Below are positions 36,837 to 38,083 of a stretch of DNA of 38,083 bases, one piece after another. The first letter of the stretch is position 1; every line of letters starts with the position of its first letter. The position numbers and the translations under genes were made by a program. The notes below the pieces were generated by a model. It was not told the DNA's origin. It did not search any database and was given only the letters and a program-made list of their open reading frames with translations. The DNA comes from a virus (Duplodnaviria; Caudoviricetes): positions 1-38,083 of IMG/VR virus record IMGVR_UViG_3300027798_000104, one strand, 5' to 3'.

Positions 36837-37997
36837 ATGTCAGAACTACTAAATGGCCGTTGGGCAGAAACTAAGGAAGCTCTTTTAGAAGGCCTTCAAG
36901 GCACTAAAAAATCAGTAATGGGTGTAACCCTAGAGAATACTCGCAAGTATTTGATGGAAAGCCCAACAGCTGGTGCCACTTCTGCCGGCAACGTCGCAAC
37001 ATTAAACCGCGTGATTCTACCAGTGATTCGTCGCGTAATGCCAACTGTTATCGCTAACGAGTTGGTAGGTGTACAACCAATGACTGGTCCAGTGGGTCAA
37101 ATCCATACTCTACGTGTTCGTTACGCTGATAGCGCAACTGGCGTAGTAGCTGGTGAAGAAGCACTAAGCCCATTCAAAATTGCTGAAGCATACTCAGGCA
37201 ATGACGGTTCACCAGCCAGAGGCGCTTCAACAGCAACTCTTGAAGGTGCCGCTGGAAAGCGTATGAGCATTCAAATCTTGAAACAAACAGTTGAAGCTAA
37301 AACTCGTAAGTTGTCTGCACGTTGGACATTCGAGGCTGCTCAAGATGCACAAGCCCAACAAGGTATTGACATCGAAGCAGAAGTTATGGCTGCTTTGGCA
37401 CAAGAAATTACAGCTGAAATTGACCAAGAAATCCTAGCAAGTTTAGGTTCATTGGCTGGTTCAGCAATCGAGTCTTATGACCAGTCCGCTGTGTCAGGTA
37501 CAGCTACATTCGTTGGTGACGAGCATGCCGCATTGGCAGTTCAGATCAATCGTGTATCTAACTTGATCGCTCAACGTACCCGTCGTGGTGCAGGTAACTG
37601 GGCAGTTGTAAGTCCATTTGCTTTAACAATTCTACAGTCTGCTACTACTAGCGCATTTGCTCGTACAACAGAAGGTACATTTGAAGCACCTACAAACACT
37701 AAGTTTGTTGGTACATTGAACTCAGCAATGAAAGTTTATGTTAACACATACGCTACTGACGCGACTGACGTTCTAATCGGTTACAAAGGTTCATCAGAGT
37801 CTGATGCGGCTGCATTCTATTGCCCATACATTCCATTGATGAGCAGTGGTGTTGTTTTAGATCCATCAACATTCGAACCAGTCGTATCATTCATGACACG
37901 TTATGGCTATGTTGAGTTGACAAACACAGCGTCATCTTTAGGTAACGCGGCTGACTACTTAGGTAAAGTTAGCATTTCAAACGTTTCTTTCAAGTAA
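36837..37997 (+). CDS. gp23: Major capsid protein
   Basis: LPVIRRVMPTVIANELVGVQPMTGPVGQIHTLRVRY, VEAKTRKLSARWTFEAAQDA, EITAEIDQEI, AFYCPYIPL, FEPVVSFMTRYG. Confidence 0.97.
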   Translation: MSELLNGRWAETKEALLEGLQGTKKSVMGVTLENTRKYLMESPTAGATSAGNVATLNRVILPVIRRVMPTVIANELVGVQPMTGPVGQIHTLRVRYADSATGVVAGEEALSPFKIAEAYSGNDGSPARGASTATLEGAAGKRMSIQILKQTVEAKTRKLSARWTFEAAQDAQAQQGIDIEAEVMAALAQEITAEIDQEILASLGSLAGSAIESYDQSAVSGTATFVGDEHAALAVQINRVSNLIAQRTRRGAGNWAVVSPFALTILQSATTSAFARTTEGTFEAPTNTKFVGTLNSAMKVYVNTYATDATDVLIGYKGSSESDAAAFYCPYIPLMSSGVVLDPSTFEPVVSFMTRYGYVELTNTASSLGNAADYLGKVSISNVSFK

Positions 37998-38021
37998 TCC
38001 AATTACTTGTTGTAAACATGC

Positions 38022-38048
38022 AAGGGCTCTTCGGAGCCCTTTCTCTTG
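38022..38048 (+). terminator. Rho-independent terminator with C(UUCG)G tetraloop after the capsid gene
   Basis: AAGGGCTC-TTCG-GAGCCCTT followed by a T-rich tract (TCTCTTG). Confidence 0.85.
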
Positions 38049-38052
38049 ATCA

Positions 38053-38060
38053 GATAAATA
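38053..38060 (+). promoter_or_regulatory. Late promoter GATAAATA for the next gene (outside the window)
   Basis: Same motif as the other late promoters, just after the terminator. Confidence 0.6.
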
Positions 38061-38083
38061 CTTTGTCTAACTTACACAGGGTA

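Noticed and set aside
16461-37427. Antisense or off-frame ORFs overlapping the main genes (e.g. 17593, 18697, 20478, 29828, 34372, 36473)
   Set aside because: They overlap well-supported genes, show no recognisable motifs, and have the composition expected of codon-bias shadows.

Overview
This window comes from a large T4-like (myovirus-type) dsDNA phage and has four blocks. (1) A minus-strand baseplate operon (22921 to <1) with gp48/54-like, gp53-like, hub, gp5-like spike, gp25 and gp6 genes. It ends in a giant >4,557-aa modular structural ORF (13673 to <1) that the ORF track omits, most likely because it has no stop codon inside the window. (2) A plus-strand cassette behind a near-perfect sigma70 promoter: gp55 late sigma factor, gp47/gp46 (Mre11/Rad50-like), a small Hc1-like protein and a minimal GIY-YIG nuclease. 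It is followed directly by a ~480-nt ORF-free, heavily base-paired element with putative pseudoknots and GNA-triloop hairpins. (3) A gp26-like chaperone whose 3' end carries a T-TTT-TTC slippery site leading into a -1-frame ORF with no good start codon, resembling the lambda G/GT frameshift. It is divergent from a putative tape-measure gene. (4) The head module: portal, core proteins, gp21 protease, gp22 scaffold and gp23 major capsid. NATAAATA late promoters precede many structural units. Best candidates for new biology are the GIY-YIG plus structured RNA/DNA element, the -1 frameshift in the gp26-like chaperone, and the giant multi-domain baseplate protein. All calls rest on manual motif recognition; no database search was run.
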